NCBI GenBank assembly: GCA_034436115.1
Contig: DAOTVY010000020.1
Coordinates: 604-64,603, forward strand
DNA from: Chloroflexia bacterium
Lineage (GTDB): Bacteria > Chloroflexota > Chloroflexia > DTKN01
DNA: 64,000 nt
Reading direction: 5' to 3'
Position numbers and translations under genes: made by a program. Shown one piece after another: positions 15,864 through 25,972 of the stretch. Numbering within the stretch: position 1 is the stretch's first letter; each line of letters begins with the position of its first letter. Under the pieces are notes generated by a model. The model saw nothing but the letters and a program-made list of their open reading frames with translations. It made no database searches and had not been told where the DNA came from.

Positions 15864-18359
15864 ATGCGCCGTTGGTGGGAACTACCCGAAGGCTGGCTGT
15901 CCTTGCTCCTCCTGTTGCTGATCCTGCTCACGGTGGCGGGCTGCATGCAGCGATCCCAGTGGGCGCCGTCCCTCCAGGAGGCGCTGGGCATCCTGACGTG
16001 GGCGGCCGTCGTTGGGCTGGCGGCTGGCTTTGTCTTGACACGTTTGCGCTGGCTGCCACGGATCATTGCGCATCTACTGGGCCAGCTCGGCGGCGTGGCC
16101 TGGGTGGTCCACCTGAGCGGTTCGCTCCGGTCGGTGGAAGTGCCTGGCATGGCGCAGCCGGTTTCCTACCTGTCTCCCCTCCTGGAGGGTTGGAGAGACC
16201 TGGCGGCAGAACTCCTGATCCGTTCCATCCTGCTCGCTCGCACCTTCATTCGGGGAGGCACGGGCGAGGATGCCGTGCTCTTTGTCGTGGTCCTGGGGCT
16301 CGTGTTTTGGGAGCTTGGCTTCCTGGGCGCCTGGTTTGCCTTTCGGTCGCGGTTGCCGTGGCTGGCCGTCGGGCTTCCAGGGGTGGTGCTGGTGCTGGAT
16401 CTGATCTACGGCCCTGGAGTTGCGCCACGCTATTTTGACTACTACGCTTTCCTGGCCCTCCTTTTCCTTTTTTACTACCTCTGGAAACAACAGGAATGGC
16501 GCTGGGCTCAGGCGGACGTCCGTTATCCGGCGGAACTATCGCGCGCGGTGCTCTGGGCGGGACTGTTGTTTAGCGCGCTCCTGGTGCTGGGAACAGCCTT
16601 CCTTCCGGCCAGCGCTGCCAGCGAGGAATCGGCCAGCTTCTGGGATCGGATCATCCAGCCGTGGAAGGAAACGCGCGAGACGTGGGAACGGCTGTTCAGC
16701 GAGGTGGAAGGCACCGGGAGAGGCCGATATCGGGAGTTTGCTCCCACCTTCGAACTGGGCGGGGCACGCGTGGACCCCGAAGGGACGGCCTTCGAAGTCT
16801 ATGCGCAGCAGGCAGAGTACCTACGGGCGATCGTTTTCGACCAGTACGACGGGCGTGGTTGGACCAACACGGCCGAGCGCGGACCGGTGTGGCATTTGCC
16901 GGCACACCAGGGCCTTCCGGTCACGGCGCTGAGCCGGGAACCGGTCGCCCAGAGGATCGTCCCACGGCTCCAGGGCGGGAGCCTGCTCTTTGCCTACGCC
17001 GAACCGATCAGCCTGACCCTGCCGAGCGTGGTCGAGCTGGGGACAGCGGTCGAGCGGGCAGGGTTCGGGGACATCGTCTCGCTACGGGCTCGGAGCTCGC
17101 TTGGGGAAGGCCAGGCTTACCAAGTGGTGTCGCTGGTTCCTACGGTGGACAAGACGTCGCTACGCGGAGCGGGGCAAGAGTATCCAGCGTGGGTCCGCGA
17201 ACGCTACCTGCAGCTCCCTGAGAGGCTGCCCGAGCGCGTCCGGGCCTTGGCGGATACGATCCTGTTCGAGGCGGTGCGCGCTTCCGGCCGCCTTCCCCCG
17301 GAGGTCCAGGTCACCGAGGTTGCGCACGGTGTCTCCGGGGAACGCGAGGTGCACTTCCGCCTGCCCCAAGGGGCCGAGGTGGTTGCACGTCTCCAGGGGG
17401 AGCAACTGGTCGAGATCGCTCCGCCCGGTTCCCTCGTGCGCTCCGGTGTGATCAACCCTTACGACGCTGCAGAAGCCATCCAGGACTATTTGCGCAGCCA
17501 CTACTTCTACCGGACAGATATCGCTCCCCCGCCGACAGGGGTCGATGCCGTGGACTATTTCCTCTTCGAGAGCCGTGCGGGCTATTGCGACTACTTTGCC
17601 ACGGCAATGGCCGTGCTGCTGCGGGCCGAAGGGGTTCCCGCCCGCTTGGTGCGCGGATATGCCACGGGCCGGTACGACGGCCAGACCGGAGCCTATGTTG
17701 TGCCGCTACGCGCGGCCCACTCCTGGGTCGAGGTCTATTTCCCTGGCTATGAGTGGCAGCGTTTCGAGCCCACGCCGGCGGACTATACCTCGCTTCCCTA
17801 CAGGCCGGAGCGAGCTGTGGCCACGCCTCCGTCTGCGGCACGGACGCCTGGACCCAGGGTGGAGCGGGAAGAGCGCGACCCATTCGCTGATCTGGAGGAA
17901 GTCCAGCTGCCGCAAGGCGGGGCGTACGAACCGGCACCCACAAAGGTGCGCCTGAAGGCGATGGTGCTCGTTCCCACAACCGTTGCCGCCTTGCTGTTGG
18001 GTGGGCTCCTGGGGCTGACCGTGTGGAGCGGCCGGGGGTTGCGCGGACTGAGCCCCGTGGCCGCGCTCTACGAGCGGATGTGCCGCTGGGCACAGCTGGC
18101 GCGGCTCTACCCGGATGGACAGCCTACCCCGTATGAAACCGCCTGGAAGATCGCCGAAGCGTTGCCGGAGGAGCGAGCGGATGTCGCGCAGATCGTCACC
18201 TGGTATGTACAGGAGCGCTTCGGCCAGCGCCGGGCGCATGGTGAGGAGATCGCGCAGGTGAGGCGTGCCTGGTCACGCCTCCGCTGGGCGCTTTGGGGGC
18301 ATACCCTGCAACGGTTCAGGCACGTGTCCCCTCCCCAACTGGAGGAGGTTCAGGGATGA
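15864..18359 (+). CDS. Transglutaminase-like membrane protein (multi-TM N-terminus, transglutaminase core, DUF4129-like C-terminus)
   Basis: N-terminal hydrophobic segments; core AGYCDYFATAMAVLLRAEGVPARLVRGYA (Cys of the TGase triad); start at the ATG after a TTGCCA-16-TATAAT promoter. Confidence 0.7.
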   Translation: MRRWWELPEGWLSLLLLLLILLTVAGCMQRSQWAPSLQEALGILTWAAVVGLAAGFVLTRLRWLPRIIAHLLGQLGGVAWVVHLSGSLRSVEVPGMAQPVSYLSPLLEGWRDLAAELLIRSILLARTFIRGGTGEDAVLFVVVLGLVFWELGFLGAWFAFRSRLPWLAVGLPGVVLVLDLIYGPGVAPRYFDYYAFLALLFLFYYLWKQQEWRWAQADVRYPAELSRAVLWAGLLFSALLVLGTAFLPASAASEESASFWDRIIQPWKETRETWERLFSEVEGTGRGRYREFAPTFELGGARVDPEGTAFEVYAQQAEYLRAIVFDQYDGRGWTNTAERGPVWHLPAHQGLPVTALSREPVAQRIVPRLQGGSLLFAYAEPISLTLPSVVELGTAVERAGFGDIVSLRARSSLGEGQAYQVVSLVPTVDKTSLRGAGQEYPAWVRERYLQLPERLPERVRALADTILFEAVRASGRLPPEVQVTEVAHGVSGEREVHFRLPQGAEVVARLQGEQLVEIAPPGSLVRSGVINPYDAAEAIQDYLRSHYFYRTDIAPPPTGVDAVDYFLFESRAGYCDYFATAMAVLLRAEGVPARLVRGYATGRYDGQTGAYVVPLRAAHSWVEVYFPGYEWQRFEPTPADYTSLPYRPERAVATPPSAARTPGPRVEREERDPFADLEEVQLPQGGAYEPAPTKVRLKAMVLVPTTVAALLLGGLLGLTVWSGRGLRGLSPVAALYERMCRWAQLARLYPDGQPTPYETAWKIAEALPEERADVAQIVTWYVQERFGQRRAHGEEIAQVRRAWSRLRWALWGHTLQRFRHVSPPQLEEVQG

Positions 18360-19414
18360 AGGATACAACTCCGCTGGATGGGAATCTCTTGAAGGACATT
18401 CCCTTGCCTCGTCCGCTCAAAGAGATCCTGGTGGAAACGGACCGCAAGGTGGCAAGCGGAGACCTTGGATCGTATACGCCGCTTCCCACCGGGTTCCGGG
18501 AGCTCGACGAGATCATCGGCGGCGGCTTTAAACGGGGGGAGCTGATCCTGCTGGGTGGCGCGCAGGGGCTGGGGAAGACGATCTGGGCGCTCCAGGTGGC
18601 ACGGAACGTTGCCGCCCACACGCCGGCGATCGTGGTGTACCTGTCTTACGAGCACGACGAGGAACACATGATGTGCCGGCTGCTGGCCATGGAAAGCATC
18701 GACCCTACCGTGGATGGCCTGCAGCGGGGCCTGCGGCTGCGCGACCTGAACCGCGCCATCATCGCCTACCGCCAGCGCAACCCGAAAGCCGGGTTCTTCG
18801 ATGTGCTCCGGTCGCTGCCTCAGGCGGCCCCCTGCTTCGACAAGATGCAGCTCTATCTGAACAAGCTGTACCTCCTCAAAGCGAGCCCACAGAAAACCAC
18901 CCTTCCCGTCGTGCAGGCTATGGTGCAGCACATCCAGCAACAGCACAGCGGGGCGCCGCTCTTGCTGGTGGTCGACTACCTGCAGAAAATCCCCCTGCCG
19001 TACCTCACCGAGAACGAAGCGGAAAAGGTCACCATCGTGGTGGAGGGATTGAAGAATATTGCCCTCGCGCACGGCATCTCGGTGCTTTCGATCGTCGCCG
19101 CAGACCGGGAAGGGCTAAAGGCCCCCCGGCTGCACCTTCGTCACCTCCGGGGCAGCTCCGCCCTGGACTATGAATGCGACATCGCGATCATCATGAACCA
19201 GAAGTGGAAGATCCTCTCCAAGAAGCACATCACCTTCAACATCCAGCAGGCGGAAAAGTGGAAAAGCTGGGTGGTGTTCAGCATCGAGAAGAACCGCTCG
19301 GGTCGCGCGGAGATCGATCTGGAGTTCGAACTGCGCGCCGAGTACTTCTGCTTTAACCCCCACGGAGGGATCGTGGAGCAGACGCTGATCGACGAGAAGG
19401 TGATTGCGGAGTAA
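18356..19414 (+). CDS. RecA-superfamily ATPase consisting only of a DnaB-helicase C-terminal-like domain; translationally coupled to the transglutaminase-like gene
   Basis: Walker A GAQGLGKT; DnaB-C-like blocks (ALQVARNVA..., SYEHDEEHMMCRLLA, LSIVAADREG...LRGSSALDYECDIAIIM); ATG overlaps the upstream TGA (ATGA) with GGAGGAGG SD. Confidence 0.6.
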   Translation: MKDTTPLDGNLLKDIPLPRPLKEILVETDRKVASGDLGSYTPLPTGFRELDEIIGGGFKRGELILLGGAQGLGKTIWALQVARNVAAHTPAIVVYLSYEHDEEHMMCRLLAMESIDPTVDGLQRGLRLRDLNRAIIAYRQRNPKAGFFDVLRSLPQAAPCFDKMQLYLNKLYLLKASPQKTTLPVVQAMVQHIQQQHSGAPLLLVVDYLQKIPLPYLTENEAEKVTIVVEGLKNIALAHGISVLSIVAADREGLKAPRLHLRHLRGSSALDYECDIAIIMNQKWKILSKKHITFNIQQAEKWKSWVVFSIEKNRSGRAEIDLEFELRAEYFCFNPHGGIVEQTLIDEKVIAE

Positions 19415-19474
19415 CCACCGGGGGCCGGCCCAGATGTGCCGGCCCCAAAGTGCGAACGCGGAAGGGAAAACCTC

Positions 19475-20593
19475 TTAGGAAGCAGGAATCCCGGCAGCGC
19501 TGGTCACCTTCCAGCGCAGGTAGGCTTCGATAAAGTCGTCCAGATCGCCGTCCAGCACGGCCTCGGTGTCGCTCGTTTCATAGCCGGTACGCAGGTCTTT
19601 CACCAGGCGATAGGGGTGAAGGACATAGGAACGGATCTGGTTGCCCCAGCCGGCGGAGACGTGTTCCCCCTTCAGACGGGCCCGTTCCTCCTCCTGCTTG
19701 CGCTTCTCCAGCTCGTAGAGGCGTGAGCGAAGCACCTTTAAGGCGATTTCCTTGTTCCGCAGCTGGGAACGCTCGTTTTGGCAGGAGACCACAATTCCCG
19801 TAGGGAGGTGCGTGATGCGCACCGCGCTGTCGGTCGTGTTCACGCTCTGGCCCCCGTGGCCGGTCGAGCGGAAGACTTCGATCCGTAGGTCCTCCGGATC
19901 GATCTCCACCTCGATGGAGTCGTCCAGGGCCGGAATCACCTCCACTAAGGCGAAGGAGGTGTGGCGCCGGTGCGCCGCGTCAAAGGGGGAAAGGCGCACC
20001 AGGCGATGCACGCCGGCCTCGGCACGCGCATAGCCATAGGCATACTCCCCGCGGATCTCGATCGTCGCCGTCTTGATCCCGGCCTCCTCTCCGGGGAGGA
20101 TCTCGAGGATGTCGGTTTCAAAACCCCGGCGCTCAGCCCAGCGCAGGTACATCCGCAGGAGCATCTCGGCCCAGTCCTGGGCCTCCGTGCCGCCCGCTCC
20201 GGCGTGGATGGAAAGGAGCGCATCGTGGTCGTCGTACTCGCCGTTCAGCATCAGGCGAAGCTCCGCACGCTCGAGCTCGGCCTCGAGCCGACGCGCCTCC
20301 TGCTCCACCTCGGCGATCACGGCGGCATCGTCCTCCTGACGGGCCAGATCGTACAGCGCTTGCAGCTCCTCGACCTGGTGGGAGAGGGTTTGCTGCCGCT
20401 CGATCTCCTCGCGCAGGCGGGTCAACCGGCGCATCGTCTCTTGTGCACGGATGGGATCGTCCCAGAATCCCGGTTGCAGCGTGCTCTCTTCCAGGCGCGC
20501 GGCCTCTTCCTGCTTGCGGGGCAGGTCAAAGGTGCCTCCCGAGGGCCTCCACACGGATGCGCAAGTCCTGCAAAAGGCTCGCCGTTTCCGTCA
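19475..20593 (-). CDS. prfB: Peptide chain release factor 2 with programmed +1 frameshift (frame 0: 20593..20528; after shift: 20526..19475)
   Basis: Minus strand: AGGAGG-ATG ACG GAA ... CUC GGG AGG CAC CUU UGA C (MTETASLLQDLRIRVEALGRHL*). The canonical CUU UGA C slip site has an SD-like GGGAGG 3 nt upstream, and the +1 frame continues DLPRKQEE... into the 359-aa RF2 body (SPF motif, GGQSVNTTDSAVRITHLPTG). Confidence 0.9.
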
Positions 20594-20615
20594 TCCGATC
20601 CTCCTGTATCCCACA

Positions 20616-21260
20616 CTACAAGTTGCGCAGCACGTAGGGGCTGGATTCCTCCAGCATCGCCAGGATGCGTGCGACCACCATCTCCACGGCGATGGTATTG
20701 AAACCGCCCTCCGGGATGATCACGTCGGCATAGCGTTTGCTCGGCTCGACGAACTCCAGGTGCATCGGGCGCACGGTCTCCAGGTACTGGCGGATCACCG
20801 ACTCCATGGTGCGCCCCCGCTCGGCAATGTCGCGCTGGAGGCGACGGATGAAGCGGATGTCGGCGTCGGTGTCCACAAAGATCTTGACGTCCATCATGTC
20901 CCGCAACGTCTTGTCCGCAAAGATCAGGATCCCCTCCACCAGGATCACGCGGTGCGGGTAGACCGTGCGTGTCTCCGGACGCCGGGTATGGGTGGTAAAG
21001 TCGTAGATCGGCACTTCCGCCGGCCGGCCAGCGCACAACTGACGCAGGTGTTGCACGAGGAGCTCGTTCTCCAATGCGTCGGGATGATCGAAATTCACCC
21101 GCGCCCGCTCTTCCAGCGGCAGGTGGGACAAGTCCCGGTAATAGGAATCGTGCTGGATATAGGCGATGCGGTCGCGACCGACGCGTTCCAGGATCGCCTG
21201 GGCGACGGTCGTCTTGCCGGAACCGGTACCACCAGCCACCCCAACGATAATCGGCTTCAC
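20616..21260 (-). CDS. udk: Uridine kinase
   Basis: P-loop VAGGTGSGKTT and uridine-kinase blocks (IIEGILIF, DTDADIRFIRRLQRD). Confidence 0.85.
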   Translation of the reverse strand: MKPIIVGVAGGTGSGKTTVAQAILERVGRDRIAYIQHDSYYRDLSHLPLEERARVNFDHPDALENELLVQHLRQLCAGRPAEVPIYDFTTHTRRPETRTVYPHRVILVEGILIFADKTLRDMMDVKIFVDTDADIRFIRRLQRDIAERGRTMESVIRQYLETVRPMHLEFVEPSKRYADVIIPEGGFNTIAVEMVVARILAMLEESSPYVLRNL

Positions 21261-21414
21261 GCTGCGCCCCCATCATTCCTGTGCTAAATCGTAATTGTAC
21301 CATAAGGAAAGACGAACGGCAACTTGTCAGGACGTCCTCCCGGTGCTATACTCTCCCGCGCACAGTGAGGTGCTGCGCCCATGTCGATGACGAGAGCGAA
21401 CCCAAGGAGGAGCG

Positions 21415-22617
21415 ATGAGGAGCGAGGAGCTCATCCGCCTGGAGGAACAGTACGGCGCGCAGAATTACAAGCCGCTGGACGTCGTGATCGCGCGCGCACA
21501 AGGGGTGTGGATGTGGGACGTCGAAGGGAACCGCTACCTGGATTTCCTGAGCGCCTATTCGGCGGTGAACCAGGGCCACTGCCACCCACGCATCCTGCGC
21601 GCGCTGATCGAGCAGGCCGGCCGGGTCACCCTGACCTCGCGGGCGTTCCGCAACGACCAGCTCCCCTTACTGGAAAAGGAGCTGTGCGAACTTGCCGGCT
21701 ACGAGATGACCCTCCTGATGAACTCGGGAGCAGAAGCCGTGGAGACGGCGATCAAGGCGGCGCGCAAATGGGGATACACCGTCAAGGGGGTGGCCCGAGA
21801 CCGGGCAGAGATCCTCGTCTGCGCGGGGAACTTTCATGGGCGCACCACGACCATCGTGGGGTTTTCCACCGAACCTCAGTACCAGGACGGATTTGGTCCG
21901 TTCACCCCCGGTTTCCGCATCATCCCCTATGGCGACCCCCAGGCGTTGGAAGCGGCCATCACCCCGAACACGGTCGCCTTCCTGGTGGAGCCGATCCAGG
22001 GGGAAGGCGGCGTGATCGTCCCGCCGGCAGGATACCTGAAGGCGGTGCGTGAGATCTGCACGGCACACCACGTGCTTTGGATGGCCGACGAGATCCAGAC
22101 TGGGCTTGGGCGCACCGGGCGGCTGTTTGCCTGCGATTGGGAAAAAGTCCGCCCAGATGTCCTGATCATCGGCAAGGCGCTTTCCGGCGGCTTCTACCCG
22201 GTTTCCGCGGTGCTGGCCTCGCGGGAAGTGCTGGGCGTATTTCGTCCGGGCGACCACGGCTCCACCTTTGGGGGAAACCCGCTTGCGTGTGCCGTGGCGC
22301 GGGAGGCGCTGCGGGTGATCATCGAGGAAGACCTTCCGGCTCGGGCCGAGCAACTGGGCCGCTATTTCCTGGGACGGCTTTCGCGCATCGAAAGCGAGCA
22401 CATCCGGGAGGTACGCGGCCGGGGTCTCCTGGTCGGGGTAGAACTGAAGCCGGAGGCCGGCGGCGCCCGCCGCTTCTGCGAGATGCTCCTGGAAAAGGGT
22501 CTCCTTTGCAAGGAAACCCACCAACATGTGATCCGCTTTGCGCCTCCGCTCGTGATCAGCCAAGGAGAACTCGACTGGGCTTTGGAGCGGATCGAAGGCG
22601 TGCTCAGCCGGGCGTAA
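21415..22617 (+). CDS. rocD: Ornithine--oxo-acid aminotransferase
   Basis: Near end-to-end similarity to OAT/RocD ([42 protein letters not shown]); promoter TTGTCA-17-TATACT upstream. Confidence 0.85.
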   Translation: MRSEELIRLEEQYGAQNYKPLDVVIARAQGVWMWDVEGNRYLDFLSAYSAVNQGHCHPRILRALIEQAGRVTLTSRAFRNDQLPLLEKELCELAGYEMTLLMNSGAEAVETAIKAARKWGYTVKGVARDRAEILVCAGNFHGRTTTIVGFSTEPQYQDGFGPFTPGFRIIPYGDPQALEAAITPNTVAFLVEPIQGEGGVIVPPAGYLKAVREICTAHHVLWMADEIQTGLGRTGRLFACDWEKVRPDVLIIGKALSGGFYPVSAVLASREVLGVFRPGDHGSTFGGNPLACAVAREALRVIIEEDLPARAEQLGRYFLGRLSRIESEHIREVRGRGLLVGVELKPEAGGARRFCEMLLEKGLLCKETHQHVIRFAPPLVISQGELDWALERIEGVLSRA

Positions 22618-22638
22618 CAGTACCGAAAGGGGAAGCAG

Positions 22639-23361
22639 ATGGGCCTCATCCGCATCGGTACCGCCGGATGGTCCATCCCGAAGGCGTATGCGGAAGCGTT
22701 CCCGGGCGAGGGGACACACCTGGAGCGCTATGCCCGGCGCCTGAACGCGACCGAGATCAACTCGTCTTTCTACCGCTCCCACCGGCCGGAAACCTACGCC
22801 CGGTGGGCAGAAGCCGTCCCTCCTGACTTTGCGTTCTCGGTCAAAGTGCCCCGAGAGATCACCCACCGGGCACGGCTCCGGGGATTCGAGGAAGCGCTGG
22901 CCGGTTTCCTCTACGAGGCATCGGCCTTGGGAGAGAAACTCGGGCCGCTCCTGGTCCAGCTTCCACCGAGCCTGGCCTTTGAGCCCGAGGTGGCAGCTGC
23001 CTTTTTTGCCTGGTTTCGAGCGCGCTTCGACAGGGGCATCGCCTGCGAGCCACGCCATCGGAGCTGGTTTTCTCCCGAAGCGGATGAGACGCTTTGGCGT
23101 TTCCGGGTGGCGCGGGTGGCGGCGGATCCGGCCCCCGAGGGTTGCTCGAGCGAGCCCGGAGGATGGCCTGGCCTGGTGTACTTCCGGCTGCACGGTTCAC
23201 CCCAGATCTATCGCTCCGCCTATGAACCCGCCTTCCTGGAGGAGCTGGCCGGCCGGCTGCACGCGGCATCGTCCGCCGGTGCTGAAGTCTGGTGCATCTT
23301 CGACAACACGGCCTCGGGAGCAGCCCTCGGCAACGCGGTGTTCCTACGGGAGCGTTGCTGA
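22639..23361 (+). CDS. DUF72-family protein
   Basis: GTAGWSIPKAY...YARRLNATEINSSFYR is the typical DUF72 N-terminus. Confidence 0.6.
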   Translation: MGLIRIGTAGWSIPKAYAEAFPGEGTHLERYARRLNATEINSSFYRSHRPETYARWAEAVPPDFAFSVKVPREITHRARLRGFEEALAGFLYEASALGEKLGPLLVQLPPSLAFEPEVAAAFFAWFRARFDRGIACEPRHRSWFSPEADETLWRFRVARVAADPAPEGCSSEPGGWPGLVYFRLHGSPQIYRSAYEPAFLEELAGRLHAASSAGAEVWCIFDNTASGAALGNAVFLRERC

Positions 23362-23410
23362 CACAGGATCAGCGCACTTCTTGACCCGTTCCCACGCAGG
23401 GGAAAAAGAA

Positions 23411-23442
23411 GCGGCAGGGGCATCTCCTTACGCCCCTGCCGC
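23411..23442. terminator. Bidirectional terminator hairpin between convergent DUF72 and AOR genes
   Basis: GCGGCAGGGGC-atctccttac-GCCCCTGCCGC (11-bp stem), with a U-run (UUCUUUUUCC) on the minus-strand side. Confidence 0.6.
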
Positions 23443-23456
23443 GGATTTCGCGAGAG

Positions 23457-25328
23457 TTAGCGGACCAGTTCGGTCAACCCGAGCTCGGCGAGTTTTTCCG
23501 GCGTGGGGATGCCGTTCTTGTCCCAGCCGCGCTGCTCATAGTACATATCGAGCAGCTGCTGCACTGCCTCGAAGGGCGTAAGCTGCCCCTTGGTCGGCCC
23601 CCCCGTGGAGGGGTGTTTATAGAAACGCGGGGCGGGATAGTCCCAGGTGCGGCCAAAGCCCTCGACCTCGCGGATCCAGTACATACGGGTCAGGTTCCAG
23701 GTTCGCTCCGAGATCTTCAGGAGGTCTTCCCAGGAGCGTTCGATCCCGGTAACCGCGGCCATCATCGGCGCATACTGGGTCACGTCGATGCCCAGTTCGA
23801 CCCACTGCAACCGGCAGGCGCCCATCGAATCGAAGAGTGGCCGGATGTGCTGCAGGAGGATCACCCGGGCGACTTTCTCTGGAGCCACCCGGTCCCGGCC
23901 AACCTGCAGGTCGTACGTGATCGCCCAGGCGCGGTTGTGGTGGGCGCCGACGTCCGCGGTCATGTAGGCGAGCAGCATGGCCGTGGCGTTGTGGGTCTCG
24001 TAGCCGCTCTGCTCCATCCCCTTGACCTGCACCGCGAACTCCTCGCTCCCCTGGCCGATCCGCTGGGAGGCGACCTTCACTCCCTCGGCGAGCAGGTTAC
24101 CGAGCCCCTCACGGCGGGCGATCTTTTCCAGAAGAGCGAAGGCCGCCTGCGCGTTTCCGAAGCGCAGGTCCAGGCCACCGGTATCCTCCGGGGTGAGCAG
24201 GCCGCGCTCGTAGCACTCCATGGCGAAAGCAACGGCGTTGCCCGCGGAGATGCTGTCGATGCCGAGCTCGTCGCACAGGTAGTTCCCGTAGGCGACGTCC
24301 TCGATGTCCCCCAGGGCGCAGTTGGAGCCCACGAGGGCGATCGTCTCGTACTCCGGTCCCTCGACAAAGACGCCGTGCTTCTTCGTGTAGGAGTACTTGC
24401 CGCAGGGGGAAGGGCAAGCGAAGCACCCCTTGTCGGTGATCACGATGCGCTCGCGCATGACCTGGCCGTAGAGGTTCGGGCCCTGCTCAAAGGACCCTTG
24501 CTGGAAGTTGCGCGTCGGGAGCGCACCGACTTCGTCACACCAGGAGGTGACGATCGTGGTGCCATACCGCTGCCAGGGGCCGAGACCTTCGGCTTCCTTG
24601 CAGGCGCGGAACATCGCATGAGCCAGTTCCCAGAAGCGCTCGGGGTCGGCCACCGGGATCGTCTTGCTACCCCGCACCGCCACCGCCTTGACCTTCTTGG
24701 CCCCCATCACGGCGCCCACGCCCCCGCGACCGGCCTGGCGGCCAAAGTCGTGGGTGATGCAGGCATACTTGACCAGGTTCTCTCCCCCCGGGCCAATGGT
24801 CGCGATCTGGAACTCCTCGCCCAGTCGCTTTTTCAGGATTTCTTCGGTGGTGATGGAGCCTTTGCCCCAGAGGTCGGAGGCGTCCCGCAGCTCCACCCGG
24901 TCGTCATCGATGAAGAGGTAGACCGGCTTGGGCGAGATGCCCTCGAAGATGATCGCATCGTAGCCGGCGTACTTGATCTCCGCCGTCAGGTGGCCTCCGA
25001 CGCTCGCGCCGGCATACCCTCCGGTCAGCGGCGACTTGCAGGCCCAATCCATCTTCCCTGCGCCCGGGACGAGCAGCCCGGAGAGCGGCCCGGTCGAGGC
25101 AACGAGTTTGTTTTCCGGCCCCAGTGGATCAGCCCCCTTAGGGACCTCCGTCCAGAGGTAGTAGATGCCCAGGCCTCGGCCGCCGAGGAAATCGCGAGCC
25201 ACCTTCTCGTCCAGCGGCTCTTTTCGGATTTCACTTGTGGTCAGGTTCACCCGCAGGATCGTACCGGCATATCCGTTCATGGTCGCTCCTCCGTCTGATT
25301 CGTCCCTATTCTGCGATGGACAGGACAT
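23457..25328 (-). CDS. Tungsten-type aldehyde:ferredoxin oxidoreductase (AOR family)
   Basis: 623 aa; AOR N-terminal MNGYAGTILRVNLTT...FLGGRGLG and overall AOR-family architecture. Confidence 0.8.
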   Translation of the reverse strand: MSCPSQNRDESDGGATMNGYAGTILRVNLTTSEIRKEPLDEKVARDFLGGRGLGIYYLWTEVPKGADPLGPENKLVASTGPLSGLLVPGAGKMDWACKSPLTGGYAGASVGGHLTAEIKYAGYDAIIFEGISPKPVYLFIDDDRVELRDASDLWGKGSITTEEILKKRLGEEFQIATIGPGGENLVKYACITHDFGRQAGRGGVGAVMGAKKVKAVAVRGSKTIPVADPERFWELAHAMFRACKEAEGLGPWQRYGTTIVTSWCDEVGALPTRNFQQGSFEQGPNLYGQVMRERIVITDKGCFACPSPCGKYSYTKKHGVFVEGPEYETIALVGSNCALGDIEDVAYGNYLCDELGIDSISAGNAVAFAMECYERGLLTPEDTGGLDLRFGNAQAAFALLEKIARREGLGNLLAEGVKVASQRIGQGSEEFAVQVKGMEQSGYETHNATAMLLAYMTADVGAHHNRAWAITYDLQVGRDRVAPEKVARVILLQHIRPLFDSMGACRLQWVELGIDVTQYAPMMAAVTGIERSWEDLLKISERTWNLTRMYWIREVEGFGRTWDYPAPRFYKHPSTGGPTKGQLTPFEAVQQLLDMYYEQRGWDKNGIPTPEKLAELGLTELVR

Positions 25329-25692
25329 TCATCCCGCAGAAGTTGACGCACTCGCCGCACAGGTCGCACTCGAACGGCTGATCGCGTCCCGGGATCTTGA
25401 AGATCACGTGCTCCGGGCAGGCGTCGATGCAGGCGTCGCAGGCGATGCAGAGCTCGGGATCGATGTAGTAGGCCCCCTTGTCATTCTGCGGGATCGCATC
25501 CACGGGGCAGACCTTGGCGCACTCGCCACATTGGGTGCAGACCCGTACTTCGTACTTCCCCGGGCTGGGGAAATGGGGAACGATGGCCAGGGCCGCCTTG
25601 CGGATGTTGTTCTCGCGGAAGTGGCTGAAGGCGCACGCAAGCAGGCAGGCCTTGCATCCGCTGCATTTGGAACTGTCGGCGTAGAGTCGCAT
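25306..25692 (-). CDS. 4Fe-4S dicluster ferredoxin-like protein (AOR partner)
   Basis: Multiple CxxCxxC...CP motifs in 128 aa; overlaps the AOR start by 23 nt. Confidence 0.75.
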   Translation of the reverse strand: MRLYADSSKCSGCKACLLACAFSHFRENNIRKAALAIVPHFPSPGKYEVRVCTQCGECAKVCPVDAIPQNDKGAYYIDPELCIACDACIDACPEHVIFKIPGRDQPFECDLCGECVNFCGMNVLSIAE

Positions 25693-25896
25693 GGTGCTCC
25701 TCCTGTGGGTGTGCGGGCATTGCCCATCCTCAGGGAACCAGGGGTAACAAGAAAGGCCGCCGGCCCCCGGAGAGGGGGCACCTCCGAAAACCGGCTGGCC
25801 CCAAGCTGCGACGTCTGGTCATCCGTGACCCCTTTGTCGCGTGACCCCATCGACGGCCAAGACTTTAGCATAAGAAAATCCGTTTGTCAAACCCTC

Positions 25897-25925
25897 TTGA
25901 CTTTGGTCTGCCCGTGCGCTATAAT
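25897..25925 (+). promoter_or_regulatory. Sigma70-like promoter of the lacI-family regulator (TTGACT-17-TATAAT) with an adjacent imperfect palindrome TGTGAACGATCAC (possible operator)
   Basis: TTGACT 25897-25902, TATAAT 25920-25925; the palindrome-like TGTGAACG/ATCAC lies immediately downstream. Confidence 0.5.
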
Positions 25926-25972
25926 GTGAACGATCACGAGACCGATCACATCGGTCCAATGCGAGGCCAGGG

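Noticed and set aside
20422-21303. 293-aa minus-strand ORF overlapping udk in another frame
   Set aside because: udk (20616-21260) has clear P-loop/uridine-kinase motifs in its own frame; the alternative frame gives a Pro/Gly/Arg-rich low-complexity product.
21667-23193. 508-aa minus-strand ORF
   Set aside because: Antisense to rocD and the DUF72 gene, both of which have strong family-level similarity on the plus strand.
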